A stretch of DNA of 47,721 nucleotides from Chiloscyllium plagiosum (GCF_004010195.1 NC_057758.1:7480630-7528350); one strand, 5' to 3'. Counted from the first letter of the stretch, positions 24,591 to 36,490 are shown. Notes: generated by a model not told the origin, from the sequence alone. Made by a program: numbers and translations.

Positions 24591-24708
24591 TATTCAGACT
24601 CGTTTTGCCCACCTCTGGAGCAAGAGGAACATGATCCAGGGGCAGGTGTCCAAACCACTGCCCCAGACTTGTGCCTGTGGTTTCGATTTAATCTCTGTCG
24701 ATCCTTAC

Positions 24709-24872
24709 CATGTCAGTGTGTGTTTACTCAGCACAATTAGTGAAGTAATCAATTTTTGTCGTGTCAATTTTCCAGAATAATTCAGTTTGAGAACTAGTGA
24801 AACAACCTTGCATTCTAATATCTGATTTTGCTTCACTGTGTATATTTGGACTGCCTTGTTATCCCTTTCAGG
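24709..24872 (-). pseudogene. Exon remnant: Ig domain following the THB
   Basis: Acceptor caatag, donor gtaagg. Mixed frames give LKGI...EAKSDIRM...TELFWKIDTTKIDY...KHTLT, like IGFN1 Ig2 '...IFLYKDG..I.Y....KH.L'. Confidence 0.45.
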
Positions 24873-24928
24873 CTATTGTGAGCGCCAGTCGACTACATTT
24901 TTCTGTATTTTTATTAACATTGATTCAC

Positions 24929-25063
24929 CTCTCATTTGAATCAAGCATTCTGATATTATTCACTGTTTTTACCCTTTCTCAGAGCAAACTGCGTCACAGT
25001 TTAGATTCTTTCACCAGAAAAAATGTGAACATGTTTGCAATTGCAACCACAGATCTACAGGTT
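24929..25063 (-). pseudogene. Exon remnant: THB (MyBP-C M-motif)-like segment
   Basis: Acceptor ttcttgatcag; EPVDLWLQLQTC...CDAVCSEKG resembles THB 'DVWE.L....YE.IC.EYG'. Contains stops; 3' boundary uncertain. Confidence 0.4.
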
Positions 25064-25209
25064 CTGATCAAGAATGTAATACTATATTAGACGTTCAGTT
25101 ATCACTTTCCATTATTATTCCTGTCCTTTACACCTCTTTGTAGTTTAATCTTGCACATTAATGCTGTCAGTCTGGACTTATCTGCTGGGTGCATTGTCGC
25201 CCTCACTTT

Positions 25210-25830
25210 TGTTTATAATTGGGCCAGAAATCTCAAAACGTTTTTGAGCAGGTAGCCCAGATGGTAAATTTGGTCTTTGTTTTGCGAGGTGCAAAGTGGA
25301 TATTCCCAGTGTAAATTAGCTGGGTAGAATGCCAGGTTTTATACAAGTAAGTTTTTGTTAGAAAATTACGGAATGAAACAGAAATAACAGAAAACAGAAC
25401 GACGGGTAACTTATCCTATCCAAACTCGAATTAACGATGCTGTTCCGAAAATACTTGCAATAGTCCTAATATACAAATCCCTTCGCACAAACAGCAAAAT
25501 CAAAGACATGTTTCCAGTTTTCCAGGAGGGAGAGAAGTCCAGTAGTGTTTCACACTTCCCCGACTGTAAGTGAACTGACTCAAGTTCTGAACAGAAAAAA
25601 ATATATAATCTAAACGAAGGCGAGCTGTGCTGCGAGCTTGCTATTCCCATTTGATTATCGGCGTTTTCTTAAGATGAGAAAGTCTTAAGCTGCAGATATT
25701 ATCTGTTCAGGTAAAGAGAAAACCCCCAATGAACATATCAAGCTGCAGACAAAATGGAACCTGGCTAATTACACACTCTCTTTTTAAAAAGAAGGCATAG
25801 TAAACTTTTAACAGGAGCAGTATTGTGACA
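25210..25830 (-). repeat. 3' LTR of the Gypsy element
   Basis: Begins TGTCACAATAC directly after PPT AAGGGGGAGG (25831-25840) and ends ...AACA; colinear with 30200-31013. Confidence 0.8.
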
Positions 25831-28800
25831 CCTCCCCCTTCAAGAAGTAGCATAAATATCGAAAGATAGCTTCATTGTTCAAAACCCTCAAAAACATTTT
25901 TTTAGAAATGGTTAGTACTTTAAACACACGTATACATTCACTAACTATAAACATGCAATATGAATAATTACATTTGCATTCAGTTATCGGTTCTCCCACG
26001 ACCGAAAACCTCAATTACTCACTCGACTGTCGAGAATGCATCGTTGATCACGTTTTCTCCACCGGCCACATGGACAATTTCAAATTGTAATACCATGCCC
26101 CAATCAAAACAGTCACGCATTTGTGTGCTTTAATTCCTCAACAACTTTAATATGTTCCGATCAGTGTATACAACTGTGTCCGATGTGTTACTGGTAATAT
26201 AAACACTCAAGCGTTGTCATGCCTACACCCTACTAGATGTCTCTTTCTCAATCGTCAAATATTTCTGCTGATGAACATTCAATTTACTGGCGGAATATTT
26301 TAATCTTCTCACAGTCTTCCTGCAGGAGCATAGCATTGACACCCACATCGCTGGCAGTGATAGCCGCCTTGAAAGGCGTTGGGTGCTCAGGTGTGGCTAG
26401 TACTGGGGCAGTGGTTAAAACAGTAATCAGGCAGGGAAACGGCTTCTGCCAGTCCGCCGTCAACTGAAACTCCTTGCCTTTATTTCGCAATTCATTGAGT
26501 GGAGCTGCCAGACTGCGAAATATGGCACAAAATTTACATAAAATCAACTCAATCACATGAAACCAATTACTCTGGTTTTTGCATCTCCTGGAGCCATTTG
26601 TCCATGTGCAATAGCATGGCCTGGGAAGTTGACTTGGGCTTTCGCAAATTCACGTTTAGCTAGTTTTAGCACCACGCCTGTCTTCCAAATTCGCTCGAAC
26701 AAGCCTGATAAATGCTGTAAAATCTTCCTTCCATGAGTGACTTACAATCACCAGATCATCAATGTAGCAACACAGTTGGCTCATCCGCCAATGGTTTTAT
26801 TCGTTAGTCACTGAAATGAGGCCGCAGCTATTTTCTTACGAAATGGCATGAATTTAATGTGACACCGTCCCTGTGGCGTTACCAAAGCTGAAATGGCGTT
26901 TATTCTTTCTGATAGGGACATCTGCCAGTCAAGTCAAAATGAGAAAATTAACTTGCTTATTCCACCTTTTCAATATAGTTTTCCAGCCATGGAATTGAAT
27001 ATGCAACATTCTTTGTAACGGCACTGCCTTTGCGGTAGTCGCCAACTCCCCAACTCTATTTAATCGATCCCTAAAATTTGGCTTCTAATCCAAATGTGTG
27101 GTCTGTGAAATATGACTAATTTCTCAATCAATTTTAATGGTCCTCTCACTTTATGCCCCTAAATTAATTCAAATGGACTGAATTTGTGAGGTTCGTTTGG
27201 TGCATCTCTGACCGTAAAACAAGATGGAATTTCCTTATCACAAACATCTCGATAATCCTGACTATAAGTCCCAAAATAGTCTTTCCTGTTTTGATGCCAG
27301 CTTTCTTGCGCAGCGTTCCATTGTTTTCTGCTTAAGCTGTCCGTAAGTTCATTGAATAGTTTGGATGTGAAGATTGACACTTGACCTGACTATCTCTATT
27401 GGTAGTCGGTATCTAAAAAGAAGAGTAATTCCTCTACAATCCTTTTATCTGTGATATTGCGTAATAGAATTGCCTCAGGAAATCTCATCGGCACAACCAT
27501 ATTTTTCAACATATATTGAGTCCCACATTTTGTTTGAGACAGGGGACCCATGCAATGTATCAAGACTCTTGTAAAAGTTGCCTCAACTGTTGGAATAGGT
27601 ATTAAGGTGCAAGTTATATTACCTCTTGTAGTTTTGAAATTTCCTGAAATATGTCGCACATCTGACAAAGTTTAATCCTTGTGCACGCCAGGCCAGTAAA
27701 AATGTCTTTGTATTTCAGCCTGTGTTTTCCTCACATCGAAATGTCCTTGCAGTGGTAGCTCATGTGTCACTCGCAACATTTCTTTTTCTATACCCCACTG
27801 TAATACAATTTGATAAATCTCTGCCCATATCTCAAATACTTGAAAAGGAGATGGTCTCCATTTCTTCCGTACAATATCACTTTTCAAACAATACCACATA
27901 GAGAGACATTCAGACTGCAACTGTCTATATGTCATTTGATAAAATTTTGTTTAAGATGTTCCTCTATCTGCTGCAACCCAATTCGTTTTGCAGAGGCAAA
28001 CATATTTTCATGACTATTTCTTTGTTATTGTTTTGTCCCAACCGGCTGATTGACAACCGTCTTCACTAATGCTACTTCAGCTGCTTATCTATACTCTTTG
28101 ATCACTTTGCCTTCAATTGGTGACGTTGTGACCTCCTTACTCAGGAAACAATGCCAGATAAGAATTCTGCATTCCTTCAGTTGCTTGAGTGTCGAATGGC
28201 TTTTCTATTGCAGTAGGCAACACATCTACCGGTGAATTAGCTATATCATTTAAAAGGACAACTTGTATTCCTGGAGCCGAGAGTTTGTCCAGTACTTCGA
28301 CCACAAATTCTGTACTCTCCGCCGGACACTTTGACTTCACTTTGCATAATTGAGTGCATTTTGTCGGACCATGAATTCCCATAACCAGTATCTTTTCTAG
28401 CAACAATTCTCCAGGAATATATATCTCCTCATCCTTCAGCACCGCAGACTGAGAGAATCCTGTGTACTTTAGTAATGTAACATCTTTTCCCGCTACTCCT
28501 GGCCCATCTGAATAAACTTTACCTTTACAGGAATATATTTTTAAACAGATCAGGCGGTTGCTCCTTCATTAACCTATGATCAGCTTGTGCACTCTCATAC
28601 AACTTTCTATCTCTCCCTGCTCTTTCTGTTAGCACTACAACAACACGTCCAGGCTTATCCTGCTTTCCCACGTCTGGCTTTCCTGTGCTTCTCCAACTCC
28701 AACAACACTGTGATTTCATGTGACCCACTTCATTACAATGAAAACACATGAGCTTTTTACCTTCTTTGACTCTTAAATGATTTCCTTTTTTATTCTGTGG

Positions 28801-29494
28801 GACGTCCTCCTTTTCACTTCACTGAGGATTTCTGTTTTCCCCAAATTCTATCCCTATTGGATTTAAATTTATTCGGATGCCAAACCGTGTTTTCTGAGCA
28901 AATTCATCGTCATTAGCTAATTCAGCTGCTAACCTTGACTGCTTAATTTTTTGCTATTCCACATATGTTCGCACAATGCCGGACAATGAATTTTGAAACT
29001 CCTACAAAGTTATTGTCTCTCTAACTACTTCGTAATTTTGCTCCATTTTTGAAGCTTTTATCCACCTATCAAATTACTTTGTTTGGTCCTTTCAAACTCA
29101 ATATAGGTTTGACCAGGGTCTCCGCTTCGAATCCAGAATCGTTTCAGTCGGCATCTGATACAGGCATGTATGCATTTAAGGTAGCTTTGTTCAGCTCTTC
29201 ATACTCCCTCGATATCTATTCTGATAGTGATGCAGATGGTTCACTCGCACTTATTACCAGTTTTGTTTTCAGCAACAAATCCAACATGGTCAATGGCCAA
29301 TGCATTTTTTCAGCCACTTTTTAAAATGAAATGAAAATGGTTTCCACATCCTGTTCATCAAATGTAGGCGATGCTTGAACATACTTAAACAGCTTCGCAC
29401 CAGGCATTTGACTCCCAGAGAGACAGCCTCATTCTCTTGCTCACTTAGCCTTAGCTTTATCGTTCATCTCCATTCTTTCCTGCTGATTTGTATG

Positions 29495-29705
29495 TAGGCG
29501 AATGTGAGGAATTCAGATTTTGGAGATCAGAGTCTTGGGTAGAGTGGTGCTGGAAAAGCACAGCAGGTCAGGCAGCATCTGAGAAGCAGAAAAGTCGACG
29601 TTTCGGGCAGAGTGTTGAAGGGTTCCTGCCCGAAAACTCGATTTTCCTGCTCCTCGCATGCTGCCTGACCTGCTGTTCTTTTGCAGTCCCACTCTAATCT
29701 TGACT
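29495..29705. mobile_element. Fold-back PLE 3'-end mini-element inside gag
   Basis: Inverted arms meet at ~29612 within HHR stem II (cgtttcgggc ... gaagggttcctgcccgaaaac). Confidence 0.8.
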
Positions 29706-30199
29706 TCCGTCTTTAAGTGTCAATTTCTGTATTTCAAAGTCTCTCTCTTTTACTTCCTCTCCAGCGAGAGAATTTGTTCTCTTTCTTTCTCTTCTGCTAA
29801 AGCCCTTCGATCTTTATTTCGTTCTCATCTGACTTTAATCGTAACTGACGCAGTTTCAGCCCTTCCCTACTCTCTCGCGTCTAACTCAATCTGATTCATT
29901 GGCAATTGAACTGTTGCAATCTTCACAGACCATGATGGCGTTTCCAAAAATTCCAAACGCTAAGCCATTGCTGAAATCATCTCATCTTTCCCCAAGTTAG
30001 GAGGTAAATTCAACCTCAGCTTGTCCAATAATTCGCGCAGCTGGGTCATATCTGCCTTTTGTAAACCTTCAAGAAACTCCTTGCTGACTGAATGAGCCAT
30101 TGGTTCCCAAGCTATGTTTAAACCAATTAAGTTAACACGCGAAACAAAAGACACTAAGACCTACCACTCGTTGCTGAAATCCAGCAGAAATCCCCAACC

Positions 30200-31013
30200 T
30201 GTTTTGGAATAGGTCAGCCCCCTCAAAACATTTTCAACCAGGTAACCCAGACTGCAAATTTGCTATTTATTTCGCTCAGTGTATAGTGGATATTCCTGGA
30301 GAAAAGTAGATAGGTCGACTTGTAAGTTTTGAACAAACAAGATATATTCACAAAATTATGGAATGAATCACAAAGAAAAGAAAACAGAGTACTGGATAAC
30401 GTGTCCAATGCAATAGGGCGAAAGTGAGGACTGCAGATGCTAATGAATAGAGTCGGGAGTGTGTTGCTGGAAAAACACACAGCAGGAATATGATGAAGGG
30501 CTTTTCTGAAACGACCATCGTCCTTCTACTTGGATGCTCCCTGAACCGCTGTGCTTTTCCAGCACTGCAAACCCGGATCCAATTCAATCCAGACTTAATG
30601 ATGATGTTCTGATAAATAATTGCAACATCCGAACACAAACACACGCACACACATCCCCCAGCACAAACAGTAAAATCAAAGTAAATTTTGCAGTTTGCAG
30701 GGGGAGAGAGCAGTCCAGCAGCCTTTCCCATATTCCATGCAGTGACTGCTCTGATTCAAGTTCTGATCTGAAAACAAAACACTAACCTAAACGAAGGTTC
30801 TCTATTCAGCTAGATGTCCATTCCCCTTTGTTTGTTTTTTTTTCCCCTAAGTCATGAAAGTCTTAAGCTGGATGTATTATCTGTCAGGTAAAGAGAAACG
30901 CCCCACTGGACACTTCAAACTACAGATATGATGGACCCTGGCCAATTACCCCATCTCCACAAAACAATACATCCAGGATATAGTAACCTTATTACAGAAA
31001 CAGTACTGTAACA
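30200..31013 (-). repeat. 5' LTR of the Gypsy element, containing a PLE mini-insertion at ~30415-30585
   Basis: Begins TGTTACAGTAC and ends ...AACA, followed by a degenerate PBS-like ttggggatttctgctggat. Shares blocks such as gaaagtcttaagctg and caggtaaagagaaa with the 3' LTR. Confidence 0.8.
30415..30585. mobile_element. Fold-back PLE 3'-end mini-element inside the 5' LTR
   Basis: Minus arm aaagtgaggactgcagatgc...acagcagg joined to plus arm tgatgaagggcttttctgaaacg... Confidence 0.75.
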
Positions 31014-31152
31014 CATTTGACCGATTTGCAGTGATCTGCCGTCAGAACCATCAAAAGCCGTACTGTATCAAAAGAATTGAAATCCTGTTAGTAACAGTCA
31101 TTACGGGTGTGATCGTATCGCTGAAAATGCCAGTTTTTGTTTTCTTATGAAC
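31014..31152 (-). pseudogene. Exon remnant: Ig1 second half; its 3' end abuts the Gypsy 5' LTR
   Basis: Acceptor tattttttcag, phase 0, VHKKTKTGIFSDT...VTN...QYG, like IGFN1 'IHKV...ADTYKC.A.NEYG'. A likely original donor gtgagg lies beyond the LTR element at 25201-25206. Confidence 0.45.
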
Positions 31153-31722
31153 CTGAAAAAATAATTAGCAAAGTATAGTGGGGCAGCCAGGTAAGAACAA
31201 TTTTTTTCTTGACTACTGCCTGTGTAAAATGTGTCTGGTTTTGCACCGCCTGAGTGATTTACCTTATCTTTACTCTGATTACCTTGTTATGCTTCATTAA
31301 CTGTCCAACTTATTGTCGTGGCAAATAGACAGCAGAACCTCAAGGATCAAAGAGATTCAAAAACATAGACCACAGAAAGTCCCTCCTTTTATTACTGTAT
31401 ATGTCAGTAAGTTATCTTTTTGTCTGGTTGACAATTGCCTTGACTTTAGGTGTTCCTAAACTAACGAACACCGTTTATTCCAAAGGCCAGTAGACAAACG
31501 CTAAAATCACCGCTATTGAAGTTTTAGATGCCTCGCAGCTTTTGAATTGTTTTCGAAACACTTGTATTTATGCAGAGACAAAGATCAAGTTCAGGGCAGA
31601 ATCTGAAGAATATGGAAAAATCACCATGGATGTTAATTTGGTGATCAGGTCAAGAGAATTTTGTGAAATGAATTCAATGCAGCAATTAGTTCTGACCAAT
31701 AAAGTTTTTCTTTCTCATCTTT

Positions 31723-31884
31723 CTCCATCAGAAAACGTCCTTGTCTGTCTTAAAATGAAACATTATTCATTTCAATATTTGTATATCTTGGATTCACCAT
31801 AGTACCTTTGACTTGGGTAATCTTTTACGTTTTCCCATTTCTTTGTTGAGAAAAGACAGCCTACTCCAGTAAAAATAGCATTTC
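31723..31884 (-). pseudogene. Exon remnant: Ig1 first half
   Basis: Acceptor ttcag, phase 1, reads (G)NAIFTGV... and after a frameshift ITQVKGTMVNPRY...DRQGRFLME, like IGFN1 'GK.AIF.AVV...VTW.R.KG.M....Y.....GEYILE'. Donor not found. Confidence 0.55.
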
Positions 31885-31962
31885 CTGAATTCAGAGATCC
31901 ACAATAACGGAGTTAAAAATCACACAACACCAGATTATAGACCAACGGGTTTAATTGGAAGC

Positions 31963-31999
31963 ACACTAGCTTTCGGAGCGACGGTCCCTCGTCAGGTGG
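31963..31999 (-). ncRNA. Minimal type I hammerhead ribozyme motif
   Basis: CAC-CUGACGA-G-GGACC-GUC-GCUCC-GAAA-GCUA-GUG; stem I CAC/GUG, one stem II mismatch. Confidence 0.65.
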
Positions 32000-32222
32000 T
32001 AGTGGAGGGATCAACCCTAACACACAGAATTTATTAAAACTTACAGTGTGACGTAACTGAAATTACACAGTGCAAACTTGATTTTCTGTTAAGCCTTTCA
32101 TTTGTGAGTATACAGTGATATCTTCACTTCTTTCATGTGTAAATCACAAAACCTTTTCTTAAAAAAGATGCATTCTTGAGTTAGCTGTTAACAATGGTGA
32201 TAGCTAGACAATATGTTGAAGG

Positions 32223-32934
32223 TTCTGGATTAGTGGTGCTGGAAGAGAACAGCAGTTCAGCCAGCATCCAAGGAGCTTCGAAATCGACGTTGCAGGCAAA
32301 AGCCCTTCATCAGGAATAAAGGCAGTGAGCCTGGAGGGTGGAGAGATAAGCTAGAGGAGGGTGGGGGTGGGGAGAAAGTAGCATAGAGTACAATGATTGA
32401 GTGGGGGAGGAGATGAAGGTGATAGGTCAGGGAGACAGTGGGAGAGGGACTCCCTGAGATTCCTGTAGAGAGAGGAGGAAAAATTCTTCAAGGCAGGCAT
32501 CCTTGCAAGAAGATTCGCAGTAGGGTTAAAATCAACGAGGTAAAAACAATGACTGCAGATGCGGGAAACCAGATTGTGGATTAGTGGTGCTGGAAGAGCA
32601 TAGCAGTTCAGGCAGAATCCAAGGAGCTTCAAAATCAACGTTTCGGGCAAAAGCCCTTCATCAGGAATAACGGCAGTGAGCCTGGAGCGTGGAGAGATAA
32701 GTTGGAGGAGGGTGGGGGTGGGGAGAAAGTAGCCATGAGAACAATGGTTGAGTGGGGTAGGGGATGAAGGTGATAGGTCAGGGAGGGAGAGGGACTCCCT
32801 GAGATTCTTGTAGAGAGAGGAGGAAAACCATTTCAAGACAGGCATCCTTGCAAGAGGATTCGCAGTAAGGTTAAAATCAACGAGGTAAAAACAATGACTG
32901 CAGATGCTGGAAACCAGATTCTGGGTTAGTGGTG
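32223..32934 (-). mobile_element. Head-to-tail dimer of a ~350-nt HHR-containing unit (non-LTR retrozyme-like or tandem pseudo-LTR)
   Basis: ttagtggtg recurs at 32230, 32581 and 32926 (units of 351 and 345 nt); one HHR per unit. Confidence 0.85.
32633..32668 (-). ncRNA. Minimal hammerhead ribozyme, core intact
   Basis: CUGAUGA (32664-32658)-A-GGGC-UUUU-GCCC-GAAA (32644-32641)-CGUU. The sister copy at 32283-32317 has GCAA for GAAA and a GUC triplet. Confidence 0.75.
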
Positions 32935-33329
32935 TTGGCCCCCTGAGTTCTCTGTCTATGCCATGATGTTTAGATTGATACTAATCTAAAAATTAGGATA
33001 ACGGAGTTTTACATAAATTCATGCAGTTTTGAGCTCAGAGATCTTCATGATTGCATGCAGTATTTGAGCAAAGTACAATGTAACCCTGCAAGTACAAATT
33101 GACCCCATAAAATATATGTGTGCACGTTGGTCTTTGTCTGTCTGTCTGTGTGTGTGTCGGTCTGGATTGGGGGTTGAGAGTGTGAGAAAGTGTATATGTG
33201 TGTGTAGTGAGTGCAGAGTGTCTTAAGTCTGTGAGGGGGTGAGTGTGGGAGTGTGTGTTTCTGTCATGGTGTGTGTGGGTGTTTATGTGCGCGTCTTCAT
33301 CTATGTGTGTCCGTGTGTATGTGTGTATT

Positions 33330-36300
33330 ATCCAGGCAGAATACTTTCCAACTATAGCCACTCTCTGCCTTCTGTCAGCCAGACAATTCTGAATCCAAAT
33401 AGCCAAATTTCCCTGTATCCCATACTTTCTGACTTTATGAATGAGTCTACCATGAGGAATCCTATCAAATGCCTTGCTGTAAACTATATACACCACAACC
33501 ACTGTTCGACCATCGTCGACATATTTTGTCACTTGCACGAAGAATTCAATGCAATTTGAGAGGCATGACCTGCCCCTCACAAAGCCATGCTGAATGCCAT
33601 TAATCTCACGATGCTTTGCCAAATAGCTATAATTCCTATCCCTCAGAATTCTTTCCAAAACTTTACTGACCACAGACGTAAGACTGACAGGTCCGTAATT
33701 GCCAGCGATTTCTCTATTCCCTTCTTGAAACGAGGGACACCATTCACATCCCTCCAATCCTCCAGTACGACTCCCGTAGAGATTGAGGAGACAAATATTC
33801 CCGCCAGCGCCTCAGAAACCTCCTGCCATGCTTCCCGAGCAGCCTAAGATAAATCTGATCTGGCCCTGGGGACATAATCAACCTTAATGTTTGCCGAACT
33901 TTCCACCAAATCAACTTTATCGATCTTGATCTGGTCAAGACTGTATCCCAGCCCCTCAAAGTTTTCATTTACGTCAATTTGCCTTTCCTTGGAGGAAACT
34001 GAAGCAAAACACTCAGTTAGGGCTTCCCCTATCTGCACAGATTCCATGCACAAATTCTTTCCACTATCCCTGTTCGGCCCGAACTTCTCCCTGATCATTC
34101 TCTTATTCAGCACGTATGAATAACATGCCTTTAGCTTCTTCCTAATGCTTCTTGCCTTTTTCATGCCTCCTCCTGGCTCTCCTTAGTTTATTTCTTAGCT
34201 CGTTTCTAGCAGGCCGGTAATCCTCTAAAGCTGATCCTTGCCTCCTCCACTTTCTGGAAGCTGCCTTTTTCCTTTTGACGAGAAGCTCCTCTGTTCTCGT
34301 CATCCAAGATTCCTTATCATTACCCCTTCTTACATTTCTCTGGGGGACAAATTCGTGCATTACTCGCAACGACTACTATCTAAATAGTCTCCACATATCT
34401 GCTATGCCTTTTCTGTGGAACAATTAATCCCAGTCTGTACTTCCCAACACCTGTCTGACAACGTCATAATTTCTTTTTCCCTAATTAAATATTTTCCCTC
34501 GGTAACTGCTACATTCATGCTTCAGGTTTATGCTAAATATGAGGCAATTGTGATCAATGTCACCAAAGCGCTCTCCCACAGCGAGATCTGACACCTGTCC
34601 TGGCTCTATTGCCGAGCACCAAATCCAAAATGGCCTCTCTCCTCGTCGGTCTTTCTACATACTGAGTAAGGAAACCCTCCTGAACACACCTGACAAAAAC
34701 GGCTCCATCCAAACCATCTGCACATAGGAGGTTCCAGTCGATATTGGGAAAGTTCAAATTACCCTTAATAACAACCCTGTTACTTTTGCATTTTTCTGGT
34801 ATCTGCCCACCTATGAGTTCTTCAATCTCTCTACTGCTATTAGGTGGTCTGTAGAAAACCTGCAATGCGGTGGCTGTACCCTTGCTTTTCCTAACTTCCT
34901 CTCATACTGACTCAGTAGACAAATCTTCCTCAACAACGTTCGTTTCTGTAGCTGTGATGCACTCTCTGATTAGAAATGCTACATCCCCTCCTCTTTTTCC
35001 ACCCTCCCTGTTCTTTATCAACGTTCTGAACCTTGGAACATCAAGCAACCATTCCTGTTCCTGTGAAACCCATGTCTCCGTTATTGCCACAACATCGTAG
35101 CCCCAAGTACTGATTCATGTTCTACGTTCATCATTCTTATTTCGGACTCTCCTTACATTAAGGCAGACACACTTTAACCGATCCCTTTGTTTAATCGCAT
35201 GACAAACCTTCCTAATAGATTTAATACATCCTGTCACTGACCCATCTACAACTGACCATCTCTCAGAAATGTGGCTGATTCCCTCCCCCCCTGCCAAACG
35301 AGCTTAAACCTTCCCGAATCACACGAGCAAACTTCCCACTCAGGGCAGTTGTGCCTCTCCAGATCAGGTGCAACACCCCGTCCTTCACGTACAGGCCCCA
35401 CCTTCCCCATATGGTATCCCAATGGTCTAGGTATCTGAAGTGCTCCCTCCTGCCCCAGACTCGCAGCCACGTGTTCTGCTGCATTCGCTCAATGTTCCTT
35501 ATCTCACGATCTCATGGCACCCGTAGCAAACCTGCGATCACTACTCTGTTCGTCCTGCTATTCAGCATCCAACGTAACTCTCTGTAGTCACTTTCCAGGT
35601 CCTCAATCCCTTTCCTGGCCATGTCATTGGTGCCAATATGTAAAAGGATTTCTGTTTGCTCACCCTCATCCTTCACAATTTTACCAACCCGATCGGCGAC
35701 ATCCTGTTCCCTGACACCGGGCAGGCAACATTCCTTCCGGGAGTTCGGTGCCTGACCACAAAATCTCCTGAAAATCCGTCTAATTATTGAGTCCCATACC
35801 ACTTCCGCTTTTCTAATTTCCCCACCTCCCTTCTGAGCCACAGTGCCAGGCTCAGTGCCAGAGGCCTGACAACCTAATAGGCTGTCCCCATCAGCAGTAT
35901 GCAAAACGGCATACTGAGTGCTGAGGGGAATAGCCACAGGTGTCCCTGCTCTGACAGTCGGTTCACTTTCCTCCCCCTGAACGCAACCCAGCTGTGCTTA
36001 TCCTGTGTCTGGGAAGTTACCACCTCCCTGTACATTCTCTCAATACCCCCTTAGCCTACCGGATGATCCATTGTTCATCCAGCTCCAGCTCCAGTTCCCT
36101 AACTTGTTTTTCGAGGAGCTGGAATTGGGCGCACATCCCGCAGATTTAGTCGGCAGAGACAGGTGAAGTGTCTCTCACCTGCCACATTGTGCAGGAGGAA
36201 CATGCAACTGCCCTAACATCCATATCCCGGTACTCTGAAAGCCAGCACATGACTAAGCTAAGGAAGAGGAAAAAAAGAGAGAAATCTGAAAACTTAACTA

Positions 36301-36490
36301 GCTTACAGACCCTTATTAAAGTTAAAAGAGGTATGTGGGAGGGAGGCCCTATGCTGTAAGGTCTCGGGTTTAGATCTCACCCACTTAAAAACTTCCCAGC
36401 AGTCCTTTGCTCCTCCCTCGCACCTCTCGGCAAATGGAAGCCCTGACGCCGCAAGTAAGTGTTTTAAGCAGTCAGACTCACCTTCCCAGC
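33330..36490 (-). mobile_element. CR1-clade LINE 5' two-thirds: 5' UTR, ORF1 (SGNH esterase-like), EN and RT N-terminus
   Basis: EVVWDSIIR...CCLPG...HIGTNDM (ORF1); AITETW, FYRPPNS, GNLNFPNIDW, AILDLVLGN (EN); NYGPVSLTSVVSKVLE, QHGFVRGRSCLSN (RT). Confidence 0.92.

Larger units (their letters stand above)
25210..31013 (-). mobile_element. Decayed Gmr1-type Ty3/Gypsy LTR retrotransposon (gag-PR-IN-RT-RNaseH)
   Basis: gag N-terminus (29960-30154), CCHC knuckle CFHCNEVGHMKSQC (28525-28749), protease region (28137-28480), integrase HELPLQGH...HFYWPG, CMGPL and FSPFELI (27159-27935), then RT (26600-27050) and RNase H LTTAPVLATP...ASDVGV (26050-26556). Two LTRs and a PPT. Confidence 0.9.
31910..33330 (-). 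mobile_element. PLE-related 3' region (third HHR family) hosting the tandem HHR dimer
   Basis: HHR at 31963-31999 and (TG)n tract at 33140-33325. Host sequence is continuous across the insert (gaaggt ... ggtgttggcccc). Confidence 0.7.

Noticed and set aside
32351..32845. 164-aa ORF with an internal repeat
   Set aside because: Arises from the tandem unit (351 nt is a multiple of 3); no evidence of a host gene.
33035..33757. 240-aa RT-like ORF
   Set aside because: Truncated CR1 RT running into a (CA)n tract of another element; it lacks the catalytic ADD region.
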